Source: Candidatus Cloacimonadales bacterium
GTDB taxonomy: Bacteria; Cloacimonadota; Cloacimonadia; Cloacimonadales; JAIOQZ01
Direction of reading: 5' to 3'
DNA: 64,000 bases
Assembly: GCA_963674825.1 (NCBI GenBank)
Contig: OY771587.1
Span: 2,144,001 to 2,208,000, forward strand
Position numbers and translations under genes: made by a program. Positions 20,000 to 30,877 of the stretch are shown here, piece by piece. The notes below the pieces were generated by a model. It had not been told where the DNA came from. It made no database searches and saw only the letters and a list, made by a program, of their open reading frames with translations. How positions within the stretch are numbered: the first letter of the stretch is position 1; each line of letters starts with the position of its first letter.

Positions 20000-20803
20000 T
20001 TACAGGTATTGCAGTGGTTCGTTGTCATTTACACCGGCGAAAAGCTCGATGTAAGGTTTGACCGGGCTTGAAGCGATCTTCGTGAGGAGCACTTCTTCTA
20101 CCTGGAAAAATCCCACCGACTGGGTCATTTCGATCATGATGCGGATGGGTTTTTCTTTTCCTTTGGTAATTTTCACATTCTGGATTGCACCGGCTGAATA
20201 GCGATGGATATCGCCAACGCGCGGTTCGTTACGGATAAGCTGCGGGATTCGGGCGCGGCCTTTTTCCATGTCGCAGCCGTCACCGATGAGCACGAGTCCG
20301 GCTTCAAGAGTGTGAATCTTGGTTGTCGCCATATGCCCCAGAATACCTTCCGCGACCAATGAGCGCATGATGACCTGCTGTGTCAGGTCGCCGGGATAGA
20401 GCTCCTTCAGGAGCCGTTCTGTGATGGGCATCGCCAGGATCACGCTGAGTTGTTCGTGTGAATTCCGGGCGACAGTCATACCGAAGTCATGGAAAAGAGA
20501 CGCCATGAGCACGGCCACACGGCTATCCTCGACAGTTCCGATTCCTTCCTTCTCCAGATTGAATTTGATGCTGGCACTTTCCAACAGTTTGAACATCTTC
20601 ATCGCGTTTAAGGCTGCGACCCTCATGTGTACGGGGCCATGATCATTGAATCCCAATCGGCGGATCGATACTACATTTGCATAATCATGCATGATCTGGA
20701 TCTCCGGATCATCGAAGATCATCTTCGCCGTCTGCTGCGCTTTTCCATCCAGCATCTTGAGCAGTCTTTGCTCCAGCGCACTTTGTTTCTGTGATTTTTT
20801 CAT
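20000..20803 (-). CDS. HD-domain metal-dependent phosphohydrolase
   Basis: NDHGPVH ... LFHDFG ... GH ... GDGCD. Confidence 0.8.
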   Translation of the reverse strand: MKKSQKQSALEQRLLKMLDGKAQQTAKMIFDDPEIQIMHDYANVVSIRRLGFNDHGPVHMRVAALNAMKMFKLLESASIKFNLEKEGIGTVEDSRVAVLMASLFHDFGMTVARNSHEQLSVILAMPITERLLKELYPGDLTQQVIMRSLVAEGILGHMATTKIHTLEAGLVLIGDGCDMEKGRARIPQLIRNEPRVGDIHRYSAGAIQNVKITKGKEKPIRIMIEMTQSVGFFQVEEVLLTKIASSPVKPYIELFAGVNDNEPLQYL

Positions 20804-21022
20804 CTTTTTTTACCTCGTCGGATAAGTTACTGAGGGTCGGTTGTTTCGTCAAATGAAATTGATGGGACAGGGATGTTCTTAGCGTCAGTTCTTCACCGGA
20901 ATGAATCTGATTACAGTGATTCGATACGGCTTGTGAAACGTTTTTCGGAATAATTCTTGCACACAATTTAGATATATCTTATCATAGCATTCACACTAAA
21001 ATAGCCATTAAAAGGATGTTAT

Positions 21023-24000
21023 ATGAAGCGAGCAGGATTCATTATGGCATTATTTGCCATGATCGTGCTATCAGCACAGACGATTGATCTATCACCCGAT
21101 AAAACGGCACTAACCGTCGTTTCCGACCAACCCGGTATGCTGGATTTGCATCTCGAAATCGATGCGATATCCACGGGTGAGGTCACGATCGGCGGAACAA
21201 GCTACAACACTCTATCGGTCGCAGATTGGGGCGGTCTTACGCAGATCGGTTACCCGGCGCTTCCGCAGTTCGGCAAGCGAATCGCGATTCCCGGTCAGTC
21301 CGACATCAAGATTTCGATCAGTAACATCAAGAGACAGATAATCCAGGGATTCACGCCATACCCGGCACAGCCTCCGGCAGTGGACGAAGTTGGCGCAAAG
21401 ACACCAGCGTTCACGGTGGACAGCCGATTCTACAAGAGTGGAGCCACCTACCCCGAGCAAAGTGTATGGGAAGAGAATCGCGGAGACATTCGCGGTGTGG
21501 AAATGGCGTTGATCCGGTTTGCACCGGTATCCTGGGATCCGGCTACACGTGAACTCACCGTTATCGAATCCTGCGACATTACAATCCAGTATTCCACGGG
21601 TAATATCTACGACGAACGGCTGCACAGCCGCTGGTTCGATTCGCTCTACCAAAGCCGTGTGCTCAATCGCGCGCAGCTTACGCCAGCTCCCATCATCACG
21701 CGCAATCGCGATACCGGCTGCGATTTCCTGATCATCACCAGCACAGAGATGCAGGAAGCGGCCGAGCAGCTTCGGGACTGGAAACAGATGATGGGCTACA
21801 TCAGCCAGATCGCATATGTTGAAGATATTGGCGAAGATAGCGACGATATTCACGACTACCTCGAAGAAGCCTATGACACATGGGATTTCCTGCCATCATT
21901 TGTGGCCATTCTCGGCGATGCCGACATTGTGGCCTGTGACTACGTCTGGAGCGCGATCGAAAACAATACGGTCGGAACCGACCTGACCATGTTTTGCATG
22001 GGCGGTTACTACGACTACTATCCCGACTTCGCGGCAGGACGCATCTCGGTGAACGACGCCAGCCAGGCGCTGACCACCGTGTCCAAGATGATCCAGTATG
22101 AAGCGAATCCTCCGACGCAGGCATCGTTCTACCAGAACGCAACCGTGTGTGCCTATTTTCAGGATAACAATGACGACTACAATAACATGGACGGCTATGA
22201 AGACCGACGTTTCGTGAAGACCTCCGAAGAAATTCGCGACGGACTCATGGACGAAGGTTACACGGTCGAGCGCATCTACTATACGCCTTACGACCGCACT
22301 CCGACCCATTACAACAACGGCAGTTACGCCAATGGCGAAGCGATTCCTTCCGAGCTTCTCCGAGCCAACGGCTTTGCTTGGGATGGCAATGAGACAGATA
22401 TCACCAACGCTATCGAAAGCGGAACTTTCCTCGTGAATCACCGCGATCACGGTATCTCGCGTAACTACACCTACGATAGCGGCGCTGATCCATCGTTCGA
22501 CGGTTGGGGCGATCCCTACTACGATTCCTGGGATGCCGCCGCACTTACCAACGGCGACCTGCTTCCGTTCGTATTCAGTATCAATTGCCAGACCGGCTGG
22601 TTTGATGGCGAAACGGACAGTGACGATAGCAAGAACTACGAAAGCTTCTGCGAGGAATTCATCCGCAACGAAAACGGTGGCGCAGTTGGAGCATACGGAG
22701 CGTCACGCTCCTCGCTCAGCGGCTACAACGACTTCTTTGTGCGTGGCTACATCGATTCGATGTGGGAAGATTTCATGCCTGATTTCTTCGTCATGGATTC
22801 GGGTGGTTCGACCAGCTTGATGATGATCACCGGTCTGCTGGCGATGGAAGAATTCTGGGGTCAGGGGATGTATTCAGAATACGAATTCCAGATATTCCAC
22901 AATTTCTGCGACCCGACGCTGCGTATCTGGCGTCAGCAGCCGCAAGCCATTACCGTGGAACATCCGGTATCTCTGGATCTGGTCACAACATCCGTTCCGG
23001 TAACTGTGTCTGAAATCGGCGGTGTTGCGACACTTGTGTACGATGGTCAGATTCGTGGCCGTGCCGAGATCACACAGACCAACTTCTCGATCGCACTGGA
23101 TGAACCGATCGAGTTACCTGGCACAGCGACGATCGTAGTCAATACACGCGATTGCCTGGTTTACACCGGTGAAATCGAATTCATCCCCCCGGCAACAGGT
23201 TATGTCGTGATCGACAGCCTTGTTGTTTCGGATCCGAATGGAAACAATGACGGAGAATGGGATGTCGGCGAAGAGCTGAATCTCCAGTTTTTCTATCGCA
23301 ATGCCGGAACAGAGACCTGTGACGCGGTTACAGCAAATCTTTCATCGGACCAAATGATTGATCTCGATGACGATTCTACAGGAATCGAAAGCCTGGATGC
23401 AGGCGAAATGGGATCCTTTGAGATTACGGGTACGCTTACAACCCTGTATGAGGACGATCACGAAGCTGGGGTAACCGTCAGCATCGAGAATACAACCGGA
23501 ACCTTTGAAGAGCAGTTTATAATCCTGGCTGTGTATCGTGCGAAGTTGGTATGTGCGATCGATTCGGTCAATACACAGATCGACGCACCCGAGCAAATGC
23601 AGATTCCTGTTACAGTGCAAAACGTAGGTCCTGCACCGTTGGAAATCAGCGTAACGAATTTCAGCAATCAGGCAGCAGACCTGACGGGTGTTGGTAGCTA
23701 CATTACCGCGCCGTCTTCAGCGGAGTTCGAGAATCTTGAAGAGATGACCATGATGATGTGGTTCTATATCCCGGCAGGCTATAGTCCCGGGTATCTCATT
23801 TACAAGGGTGAGAGCTTCCAGAACCGCACGTTCCAGGTTGCCATTCCGAGCCTGAGTCTGCTCAATTATGGCGTAATGAACATCGATGGTACGAATTTCT
23901 CCATGAATGTGGACCACGATTTCGAAGAGGATAGATGGTATCACTTCGCGATAACAGTGTCCCAAGAAGCTATCCGCTCCTATCTGGATGGAGCACTACT

Positions 24001-24793
24001 TGCGGAAGAAGATTTCATGCCGCCGGTACGTTATAACGAAGAGGCGTTCTTCTTCGGTAGCGCGATGAACGGAACATTCGAGTTCGACGGATACCTGGAT
24101 TGTGTCGCGTTTTACTCCCGTGAGCTCAGCGATGTGGAAATCATGGAAAAGAGCTGCCATCTTATTCCATGGCAGGAGACAGGCTTGATCGGATATTTCC
24201 CGCTGGACGAGGAATACGGTGCGACTAATGTCGTGACTGGCGTCGAAGGAACTGAAATCGGCGATGTGGTCTACGATCAGGCAGGTGCGCCGATACCGAC
24301 GTGGTTCTACACAGACAATACGACACTGGAAATCGATGGTTACAGTCAGATGGATATCAATTTGATATTCACACCTGAAGATTATCAGGGAGGTCTGTAC
24401 GATTCGTATATACGACTGAACAGTAATTCCAGTTATGGTGAATCGATCGACATCCCCGTGACGATGAATTATACTTATTACTCGGTCAACGATCAGCCGC
24501 AACCGGAAGAGGCGTTCGCGGTGAGTCTGCTTTCGAATCCATTCACACCGGGCGTGCGTCCGGGCGGCTTCCGGTTCGATCTCCCCGAACCGACCAACGT
24601 TGAGATAACCCTATACAACATCAAAGGTCAACGAGTTCGTAAACTCGTGTCCGAAAAACTCACACAGGGGAATCATCGAATTGTTTGGGATGGAAGAGAT
24701 CAGACCGGAAAGACAGCGCGATCTGGCATCTATTTTGCACGGATAACTGCCGGCAAACACACCACGACACGGAAAATGTTGCTAATCAGATAA
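21023..24793 (+). CDS. C25 gingipain-family cysteine protease (propeptide, catalytic domain, Ig-like, LamG, CTD)
   Basis: GYPALP propeptide; ILGD, AGRIS, NHRDHG (His), SINCQTGWFD (Cys), CEEF, FCDPTL; WYHFAIT/YLDG LamG; LYNIKGQ...RKMLLIR. Confidence 0.9.
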   Translation: MKRAGFIMALFAMIVLSAQTIDLSPDKTALTVVSDQPGMLDLHLEIDAISTGEVTIGGTSYNTLSVADWGGLTQIGYPALPQFGKRIAIPGQSDIKISISNIKRQIIQGFTPYPAQPPAVDEVGAKTPAFTVDSRFYKSGATYPEQSVWEENRGDIRGVEMALIRFAPVSWDPATRELTVIESCDITIQYSTGNIYDERLHSRWFDSLYQSRVLNRAQLTPAPIITRNRDTGCDFLIITSTEMQEAAEQLRDWKQMMGYISQIAYVEDIGEDSDDIHDYLEEAYDTWDFLPSFVAILGDADIVACDYVWSAIENNTVGTDLTMFCMGGYYDYYPDFAAGRISVNDASQALTTVSKMIQYEANPPTQASFYQNATVCAYFQDNNDDYNNMDGYEDRRFVKTSEEIRDGLMDEGYTVERIYYTPYDRTPTHYNNGSYANGEAIPSELLRANGFAWDGNETDITNAIESGTFLVNHRDHGISRNYTYDSGADPSFDGWGDPYYDSWDAAALTNGDLLPFVFSINCQTGWFDGETDSDDSKNYESFCEEFIRNENGGAVGAYGASRSSLSGYNDFFVRGYIDSMWEDFMPDFFVMDSGGSTSLMMITGLLAMEEFWGQGMYSEYEFQIFHNFCDPTLRIWRQQPQAITVEHPVSLDLVTTSVPVTVSEIGGVATLVYDGQIRGRAEITQTNFSIALDEPIELPGTATIVVNTRDCLVYTGEIEFIPPATGYVVIDSLVVSDPNGNNDGEWDVGEELNLQFFYRNAGTETCDAVTANLSSDQMIDLDDDSTGIESLDAGEMGSFEITGTLTTLYEDDHEAGVTVSIENTTGTFEEQFIILAVYRAKLVCAIDSVNTQIDAPEQMQIPVTVQNVGPAPLEISVTNFSNQAADLTGVGSYITAPSSAEFENLEEMTMMMWFYIPAGYSPGYLIYKGESFQNRTFQVAIPSLSLLNYGVMNIDGTNFSMNVDHDFEEDRWYHFAITVSQEAIRSYLDGALLAEEDFMPPVRYNEEAFFFGSAMNGTFEFDGYLDCVAFYSRELSDVEIMEKSCHLIPWQETGLIGYFPLDEEYGATNVVTGVEGTEIGDVVYDQAGAPIPTWFYTDNTTLEIDGYSQMDINLIFTPEDYQGGLYDSYIRLNSNSSYGESIDIPVTMNYTYYSVNDQPQPEEAFAVSLLSNPFTPGVRPGGFRFDLPEPTNVEITLYNIKGQRVRKLVSEKLTQGNHRIVWDGRDQTGKTARSGIYFARITAGKHTTTRKMLLIR

Positions 24794-24808
24794 AACAAAG
24801 AGGTGATT

Positions 24809-26140
24809 ATGAAAGAATTGATCAGGGAAAACCTCCTCAAAATCGTTTCGGACTACCCGGATTTAAAGTTCGATTTCGAATACCGAATCTGGCAGACCGA
24901 CTTCCTGCGCTTCTTTAGAAGCCAGATAAACTACAATATCTCCAACCAGATCAGCCGGCTGAACGCGGTGGTCCATAAAGGAAAACGTTCCTATACATTC
25001 GGAATCACCGATCCCGATCTGCGGAAGATCAGACAGCATGTTGCCGATGCGATGGATATCATCGACAAGCTGCCGCCGGATCCCGATTTCAACGATATCG
25101 AAGATGACACTGAAATCATTGACCTGACCGACAAACCGAGTAGCATCGAAACTCTGCCTCTCGAGAAGAAGATCGACATACTGGAAGCCGTATCCAAGGC
25201 TGTGGAGCCATACGGATTCCGTATCTATGGTACATTTATCTGCAACCACATCGAGGATATCATCATCAACAGCAACGGTCTGGACAAGCGCTCGGTTCTC
25301 AGCCCCATCATGCTGGAGCTGAAGGCGGTTTCGGACGAAAACCATGTGACCGTGCTCCAATCGTTCGGAGGTGAAAACTTCGGGTTGTTCAACCAGGAGA
25401 AGTTCATCAACGATATGGTAATGAAGGTCAAGGCCGCTGGCAGCGAAATCGTGGACGTAGAGCCCGGTGAATATGAAGTGGTACTCGCTCCTCGCGTTAT
25501 TGGCGAATTGATTTTCTACCTCTCGTATGGAATGTCCGCCAGTTCGCTGGACATGAAACGATCCTTCTTTGAGGGTAAGCTCGACCAGAAGATATTCCCG
25601 GAATCGATCACGTTGCGTGACAATCCCGATTATCCAGGCCTCATCCAGTATGCCTACAATCACGACGGACACATCTACAAGCCTGTCACGCTGATTGAGA
25701 ACGGTGTGTTCAAGAACTTCTTCGTCGATAACTACTATGGACGCAAGCTGAACATGGAGAAGAATGGCGCCGGTGGACTCTGCATCGTGCTGGAACCGGG
25801 TGAAGAGACGCTGGAAGAGCTGATCAAGCCTATCAAGCGCGGTCTGTACATCTCCAGCCTGCACTACATGAACTTCATCAATCCGAAAGAGACCTCCGTG
25901 ACTGGTCTCACGCGAGACGGAACCTTCCTGATCGAAGATGGGGAAATCACTCGCGTGGTCAATAACCTGCGCTACACGCAGCGTATCGCGGAAATCGTGG
26001 AGCGTATTACCGGTATCGAGAACGCCAACACGGTCGTGCCTTTCTCCGATAATTACGAGGACTTCGACATCGAAACCGCCAGTATGCCGCACGTGCGGGT
26101 CAATGGATTTAAAATCAGTTCCTCGACGGAAACGATATAA
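24809..26140 (+). CDS. tldE: TldE/PmbA-family protein (non-catalytic partner)
   Basis: EPGEYEVVLAP, TGLTRDGTFLIEDGEI, NLRY; no HExxxH; directly upstream of tldD. Confidence 0.75.
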   Translation: MKELIRENLLKIVSDYPDLKFDFEYRIWQTDFLRFFRSQINYNISNQISRLNAVVHKGKRSYTFGITDPDLRKIRQHVADAMDIIDKLPPDPDFNDIEDDTEIIDLTDKPSSIETLPLEKKIDILEAVSKAVEPYGFRIYGTFICNHIEDIIINSNGLDKRSVLSPIMLELKAVSDENHVTVLQSFGGENFGLFNQEKFINDMVMKVKAAGSEIVDVEPGEYEVVLAPRVIGELIFYLSYGMSASSLDMKRSFFEGKLDQKIFPESITLRDNPDYPGLIQYAYNHDGHIYKPVTLIENGVFKNFFVDNYYGRKLNMEKNGAGGLCIVLEPGEETLEELIKPIKRGLYISSLHYMNFINPKETSVTGLTRDGTFLIEDGEITRVVNNLRYTQRIAEIVERITGIENANTVVPFSDNYEDFDIETASMPHVRVNGFKISSSTETI

Positions 26141-26149
26141 GGAGTCACC

Positions 26150-27589
26150 ATGAAAAAGATCGTTTATGATATTATCAATCGTCTGAATATCCCGTCGATT
26201 ACCTTTGCCGATGTGCGCCTGACCGTCTCCGACAGCCAGGGCATCTTCTTTCAAAAGGGCGAGCTGAAGAGATTTGGAACCGAAATGGACTCTCTTGCGC
26301 TTGGCGTACGGGTTCTCATCGATGGTTGCTGGGGGTTTGCCGGAACTACAGAGGTTGGCCACGCAGCAATCGAACGCATGATAAAACAGGCTATTTCCAA
26401 CGCAAAGCACGGAAGCCGTTTCCGCAAAGAGAAGATCGCGTTTCCGGCGATCGAACCCTTTACCGGAAGCTATCTATACAAACCGGCGGAAGATCCCTTC
26501 CTGATGCCGGACGAAGAGAAGATCGCATACGTCGAGAAGATCGCGAAGAAGATGACGACCAATCCAAAGATCGTCCATTCTCACGCATCCGTGGTATTCT
26601 CACGGCAGTATAAGGTTTACGCGAACAGCGAAGGCACCTTTGCCGATTCGCTGGTTTACGACACACTTCCCGAGATCATGGTTCTCGCGTCTGACGGCGG
26701 TGGTGTCTATTCCCGTACGTATCCCGGACACATGACAGCAAAACGCGGTGGTTTCGAAGCACTGCGTGCCTGCGACTTCGAGAAAAACGCAGATGTCATC
26801 ATGGAAGAAGCCATTGCACTTATCGATGCTCCCACCGTTGAAGAAGAGCACACCGATATCATCATCGGAAGCGGACATCTTGCGCTCCAGTTGCACGAAT
26901 CGGTAGGCCACGCAACCGAAGCCGACCGTATCTTCGGAATGGAAATATCCTACGCTGGCAAGACATTCATCAAGCCGGAAATGCTGGGCAATTTCCGCTA
27001 CGGCTCTGACATCGTGAACATCTACAGCGATAGCACGGATCCCCGCGGTATCGGCTACCACCTGGTGGACGACGAAGGCGTCCCGGGCAGAAGAGTCGAT
27101 ATCATCAAAAACGGTATCCTGGTCGATCAGCAGACCTCGCGTGAAATCGCACCCAAGCTCGGTCTCCAGCCCAGCTCGAACATGATGGCCTCCCACGCGA
27201 ACGATTTCCCGCTGGTACGTATGACAAACTTCTGCCTCGCGCCGGGACAGGGTTCGCTGGACGAGATGATCAAGAATACCGAAAAGGGTTACTACATCGA
27301 CTACACTAAGACCTGGTCGATCGACGACAATCGCTACAACTTCCAGTTTACCACGGAAATCGGGTGGCGGATCGAGAACGGCGAGATCAAGAATATCGTC
27401 AAAGAACCGACCTACTACGGCATCACACCGAAGTTCTGGGCGTCATGCGATCGCATCTGCGGGGACGAGGAATGGACATTCCACGGAACCTTCAATTGCG
27501 GCAAGGGCGAACCCGGACAGGCGATGCACCTCTCGCACGGCGTTGCCCCGGCACGCTTCACGAATGTGCTGGTTGGTATAAAGGCGTAA
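26150..27589 (+). CDS. tldD: TldD-family metalloprotease
   Basis: LHESVGHATEADR, DDEGV, RMTN, CGKGEPGQ. Confidence 0.9.
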   Translation: MKKIVYDIINRLNIPSITFADVRLTVSDSQGIFFQKGELKRFGTEMDSLALGVRVLIDGCWGFAGTTEVGHAAIERMIKQAISNAKHGSRFRKEKIAFPAIEPFTGSYLYKPAEDPFLMPDEEKIAYVEKIAKKMTTNPKIVHSHASVVFSRQYKVYANSEGTFADSLVYDTLPEIMVLASDGGGVYSRTYPGHMTAKRGGFEALRACDFEKNADVIMEEAIALIDAPTVEEEHTDIIIGSGHLALQLHESVGHATEADRIFGMEISYAGKTFIKPEMLGNFRYGSDIVNIYSDSTDPRGIGYHLVDDEGVPGRRVDIIKNGILVDQQTSREIAPKLGLQPSSNMMASHANDFPLVRMTNFCLAPGQGSLDEMIKNTEKGYYIDYTKTWSIDDNRYNFQFTTEIGWRIENGEIKNIVKEPTYYGITPKFWASCDRICGDEEWTFHGTFNCGKGEPGQAMHLSHGVAPARFTNVLVGIKA

Positions 27590-27594
27590 TAAAC

Positions 27595-27684
27595 TCACTA
27601 CCAAACCCCTCTCTTTGCAAAAAGAGAGGGGCTTTTTGTGCCCCTCCAAAGTTGTCTACTTGGATCGCCAAGCACCAGCTTGGC
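27595..27684. repeat. REP-like palindromes / terminator between convergent genes
   Basis: CCCCTCTCTTT-GCAA-AAAGAGAGGGG (27606-27631) followed by CTTTTT; GCCAAGC-ACCA-GCTTGGC (27667-27684). Confidence 0.6.
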
Positions 27685-27690
27685 ATCTCA

Positions 27691-28623
27691 TTAACTCTCT
27701 TGATCCTCGAATGAAACCATCTGCGTATCTTCGGTGTAGTCACTGAATGTGATTGAATCCATTTGATGGAATTTCTGCATGATCTCGCTGATTTTGGTTA
27801 CCGACAGCTCGATCTTTTGGAGATGATTCTTTTGCTGTTCAGTGAACGCCTTGATATCCGGAGACATGTTGATCAAGTCCATGGAACCTTTGATCACCAT
27901 CAGCGGTTGATTGATCTCGTGGCTGGTGGTGACAGCCATGGCGAGAGCGGTATTTTTACGTTCCAGATTGATAATTTCCTGCTGTGCGTCCTTGAGCTCG
28001 GTGAGCGATTTCTCCAGCTCCAGTGTACGCTCTTTCACCTTGCGCTCAAGGTTCATTCTGTATGCGTAGATGGTCACCATCGCCTCGTAGGTGCGCAAGC
28101 TGGCGAGTACGGCGGTATAGAGCTTGTCGGATGTTAACTCCGTCTTGGTCTTGTAGTCGTTGATCTGGTAGGTTTTGACAACGTCCTTTTCCGGGGCTTC
28201 GCCGGGTTGCCCGGTACGCAGGATAATACGTGTGAACGTGTTCTTCAATTCGTTGCGGATATAGCGTACCAGATCCAGTCCCGCCTGGCTTGTTTCCATT
28301 ACCACGTCGAGCAACACGATCGCAATATCGGGATGTTCACACATGATTTCTTTCGCTTCTTCAGCGGAATAGGCATCGAGGAATTCAATATTCCTTTGCT
28401 GAAGCTCGAAGCCGTCCAGCGCAAGCTTGGTCACGGTATGCACGTCACTTTCATCATCGACGACCAGTACCTTCCAGACCGGGCCGATGTATGGGTCCGA
28501 CATTTCATGCTCAGCCGGCTTCTCCGCAGCGAATGTCAGCGTGTCCTGACTATCTTCTTCTTTTAGGCCGAACTGGAAGAGGTCGGCCTCGTTCGTGTCA
28601 TGTCTGTCATCTCTATTGTCCAT
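27691..28623 (-). CDS. Response regulator (REC) with coiled coil and C-terminal HisKA-like DHp, no ATPase domain
   Basis: VLVVDDE, LLDVVME, RIILRTGQPG, INDYKTK; SHEINQPL near C-terminus. Confidence 0.85.
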   Translation of the reverse strand: MDNRDDRHDTNEADLFQFGLKEEDSQDTLTFAAEKPAEHEMSDPYIGPVWKVLVVDDESDVHTVTKLALDGFELQQRNIEFLDAYSAEEAKEIMCEHPDIAIVLLDVVMETSQAGLDLVRYIRNELKNTFTRIILRTGQPGEAPEKDVVKTYQINDYKTKTELTSDKLYTAVLASLRTYEAMVTIYAYRMNLERKVKERTLELEKSLTELKDAQQEIINLERKNTALAMAVTTSHEINQPLMVIKGSMDLINMSPDIKAFTEQQKNHLQKIELSVTKISEIMQKFHQMDSITFSDYTEDTQMVSFEDQES

Positions 28624-28624
28624 C

Positions 28625-30877
28625 TCAACTCTCCATGGTAACGGGTATGGTTATCGTGAAGCTGACACCCGCACCGGGCTGGCTTTCGCAGTGGATTTCT
28701 CCATGCAGCTTCTGCACGATCTGGTTATAGACTATATGCAATCCCAGGCCGGAACCCAGTTGCTTGTTGGTCGTAAAGAATGGGTCGAAGATCTTCGACT
28801 GGATTTCCTTCGGAATGCCGCGTCCATTGTCGTGATACTCAATCTTAAGTTTGTCGTTTTCCATGAACGCCTTGATATCGATACGACCTTCGGAGCGATC
28901 CTTGAATCCATGCACGGCGGAATTGACCAGCAGGTTGGTAAAGATGCTGGCAAATGCGCCCGGATAGCTGCTGATCGTAAGGCCTTCCGGTGCATCGATC
29001 TGCACGTCGATGTTTTTCTCCTTCATGCGTGGCCCCACACTGAAAAGCAGGTCTTGCAGGTAGTCTTTCACATCGAAAGAACGTTCTTGTTCGGTGGATT
29101 GGTCAATCGACACCTGCTTGAAGCTCTGTACCAGATCGCCGGTACGTTGCAGATTCTTCAGGATCAGGCTCATGCTCTCGTAGGCAGTACGGAGATAGCC
29201 TTCGAGTTCGGTACGCTTCATGGTGTTGTCCTGGTAGTTCCGGGCCAGTGAGACGGTTTTGTCTTTCAGTGCGGAGGCAGCGGTGATACCGATTCCCACT
29301 GGTGTGTTGATCTCGTGTGCCACGCCGGTAACGAGGCTACCCAGGGAGGCCATCTTTTCCGCTTCGATCAACTGTTTCTGCGTCTCTTTCAATTCGGACA
29401 GAGTCTTCGACAACTGGTCGCGTTGCTGCGAGATATGCTCGTTCTTTTCGCGCAACATTTCGTTGATTTTCTGTTTCGCGCGATATCTGCGGTAAAGCAC
29501 GAATGCGAGCAGCAGAATCAGGAGCGCGATCGCGTATGTATATGTCTGCTGTATCTGCTTCCTGTGCAGTTCCAGCTCTTTGATCTCGTTATTCTTGCGA
29601 AGAAGAAGGTTTTCCTTTTCCTTTTTTTCTGTCTCATATTTGACATTCATCTCAGCGATTTTCTTCGATTTTTCCTCATTGAAGAGAGAATCGCGTAATA
29701 CAGAAGATCTTTTAAACCATGAAAGGGCTTTGGCATAGTTTTTCTTGCCTGCGTAAATATCGGCAAGCAAACGGTAATCCAGCTGCACAAGATCTTTAAT
29801 CCCTGCGGTATTGGCAAGTTCGAGACTTTTATTTGCATACTGAAGCGCTTTATCGAATTGTCCTAAATTGAGGGCTACTTCCCCTTTATGCCGATAAGCG
29901 CGTGCCTCGCCTTCGTAAAAGGCCATTTCCTTGAATATTCTGAGTGCTTCGTCGAGGTAGCGGCTCGCTTTGTCGTATTCGCCAAGTCGCAGCCAGGCCT
30001 CTCCAAGGCCGATATTTGCTACTCCCATGTACTGAAGATTCTGCGCGAGAGTTCCCAGCCTTAGCGATTCGGAATAATAGGTGATCGCTTTTCTATATTC
30101 TCCCTCATCCTTGTATATCTCGCCAATATTGTTGAGTGGGATCGCAACGCCGAGAGAATCGCCGGTTTCACGATACATATCAGCTGCTTGCTCGTAGCAT
30201 TCAAGCGCTTTTTGAGTATTTCCCCAGGCATGATAGAGAACCGCTACGTTGTTTAATCCGCGTTTCACCAGTTCGGTCTGTCCTGTGTTTTCGAAAGTCT
30301 GGATGGAGTTGAGGAAATAACCGAGCGCGGTCTCATACTGCCCGCGATTCATGAGGAGTCCGGCGACATTGAATTGGATGGTTGCCACCCGCAGGCTGTC
30401 GCCTCGTTCCTTCTCGATCTCGATCGATTGGAGGAATGTCTCCAATGCGCCGTCATAATCGCCAATGCTCATTGCGACCGATGCCAGTGAATTGAGCGTG
30501 CTGGAGATGAGCTTCTTTGACCCAATTTCAACACCGATCTGATGGCTCTTGATGAGGTAGTCGTCGCGTGCGGTTTCAAATTTACCGGTCATCAGGTACG
30601 CGTTACCGATCATCATAAGCGCCATACCTTCGTTCTCACGATCGCGTATTTCACGGGCACGTTTGAGTGCTTTTTCACCGAGCAGGATGCATTCATCAGG
30701 CGCGGTATAGAGGAGCTCTTTGGCGAGATCGTTTACTTTGGTCAGGTAGGGGCTGTTGATCTCACCTTTTTTCTCGTATTCGTCGATGCAGGCGCGGAGG
30801 CTATCCACTTTGGATTGGGCGATCAATGGCATTACGAAGAAGCTAAGTACAAGCAGAAAAGCGATTAGCCGAGACAT
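28625..30877 (-). CDS. Membrane sensor histidine kinase with extracytoplasmic TPR repeats
   Basis: Signal peptide, TPRs, TM helix ([17 protein letters not shown]), [40 protein letters not shown]. Confidence 0.9.
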   Translation of the reverse strand: MSRLIAFLLVLSFFVMPLIAQSKVDSLRACIDEYEKKGEINSPYLTKVNDLAKELLYTAPDECILLGEKALKRAREIRDRENEGMALMMIGNAYLMTGKFETARDDYLIKSHQIGVEIGSKKLISSTLNSLASVAMSIGDYDGALETFLQSIEIEKERGDSLRVATIQFNVAGLLMNRGQYETALGYFLNSIQTFENTGQTELVKRGLNNVAVLYHAWGNTQKALECYEQAADMYRETGDSLGVAIPLNNIGEIYKDEGEYRKAITYYSESLRLGTLAQNLQYMGVANIGLGEAWLRLGEYDKASRYLDEALRIFKEMAFYEGEARAYRHKGEVALNLGQFDKALQYANKSLELANTAGIKDLVQLDYRLLADIYAGKKNYAKALSWFKRSSVLRDSLFNEEKSKKIAEMNVKYETEKKEKENLLLRKNNEIKELELHRKQIQQTYTYAIALLILLLAFVLYRRYRAKQKINEMLREKNEHISQQRDQLSKTLSELKETQKQLIEAEKMASLGSLVTGVAHEINTPVGIGITAASALKDKTVSLARNYQDNTMKRTELEGYLRTAYESMSLILKNLQRTGDLVQSFKQVSIDQSTEQERSFDVKDYLQDLLFSVGPRMKEKNIDVQIDAPEGLTISSYPGAFASIFTNLLVNSAVHGFKDRSEGRIDIKAFMENDKLKIEYHDNGRGIPKEIQSKIFDPFFTTNKQLGSGLGLHIVYNQIVQKLHGEIHCESQPGAGVSFTITIPVTMES

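Noticed and set aside
24863..26410. 515-aa minus-strand ORF
   Set aside because: Antisense shadow of tldE/tldD, expected from codon bias; the same applies to other long antisense ORFs (e.g. 54289..55467, 32270..33082).
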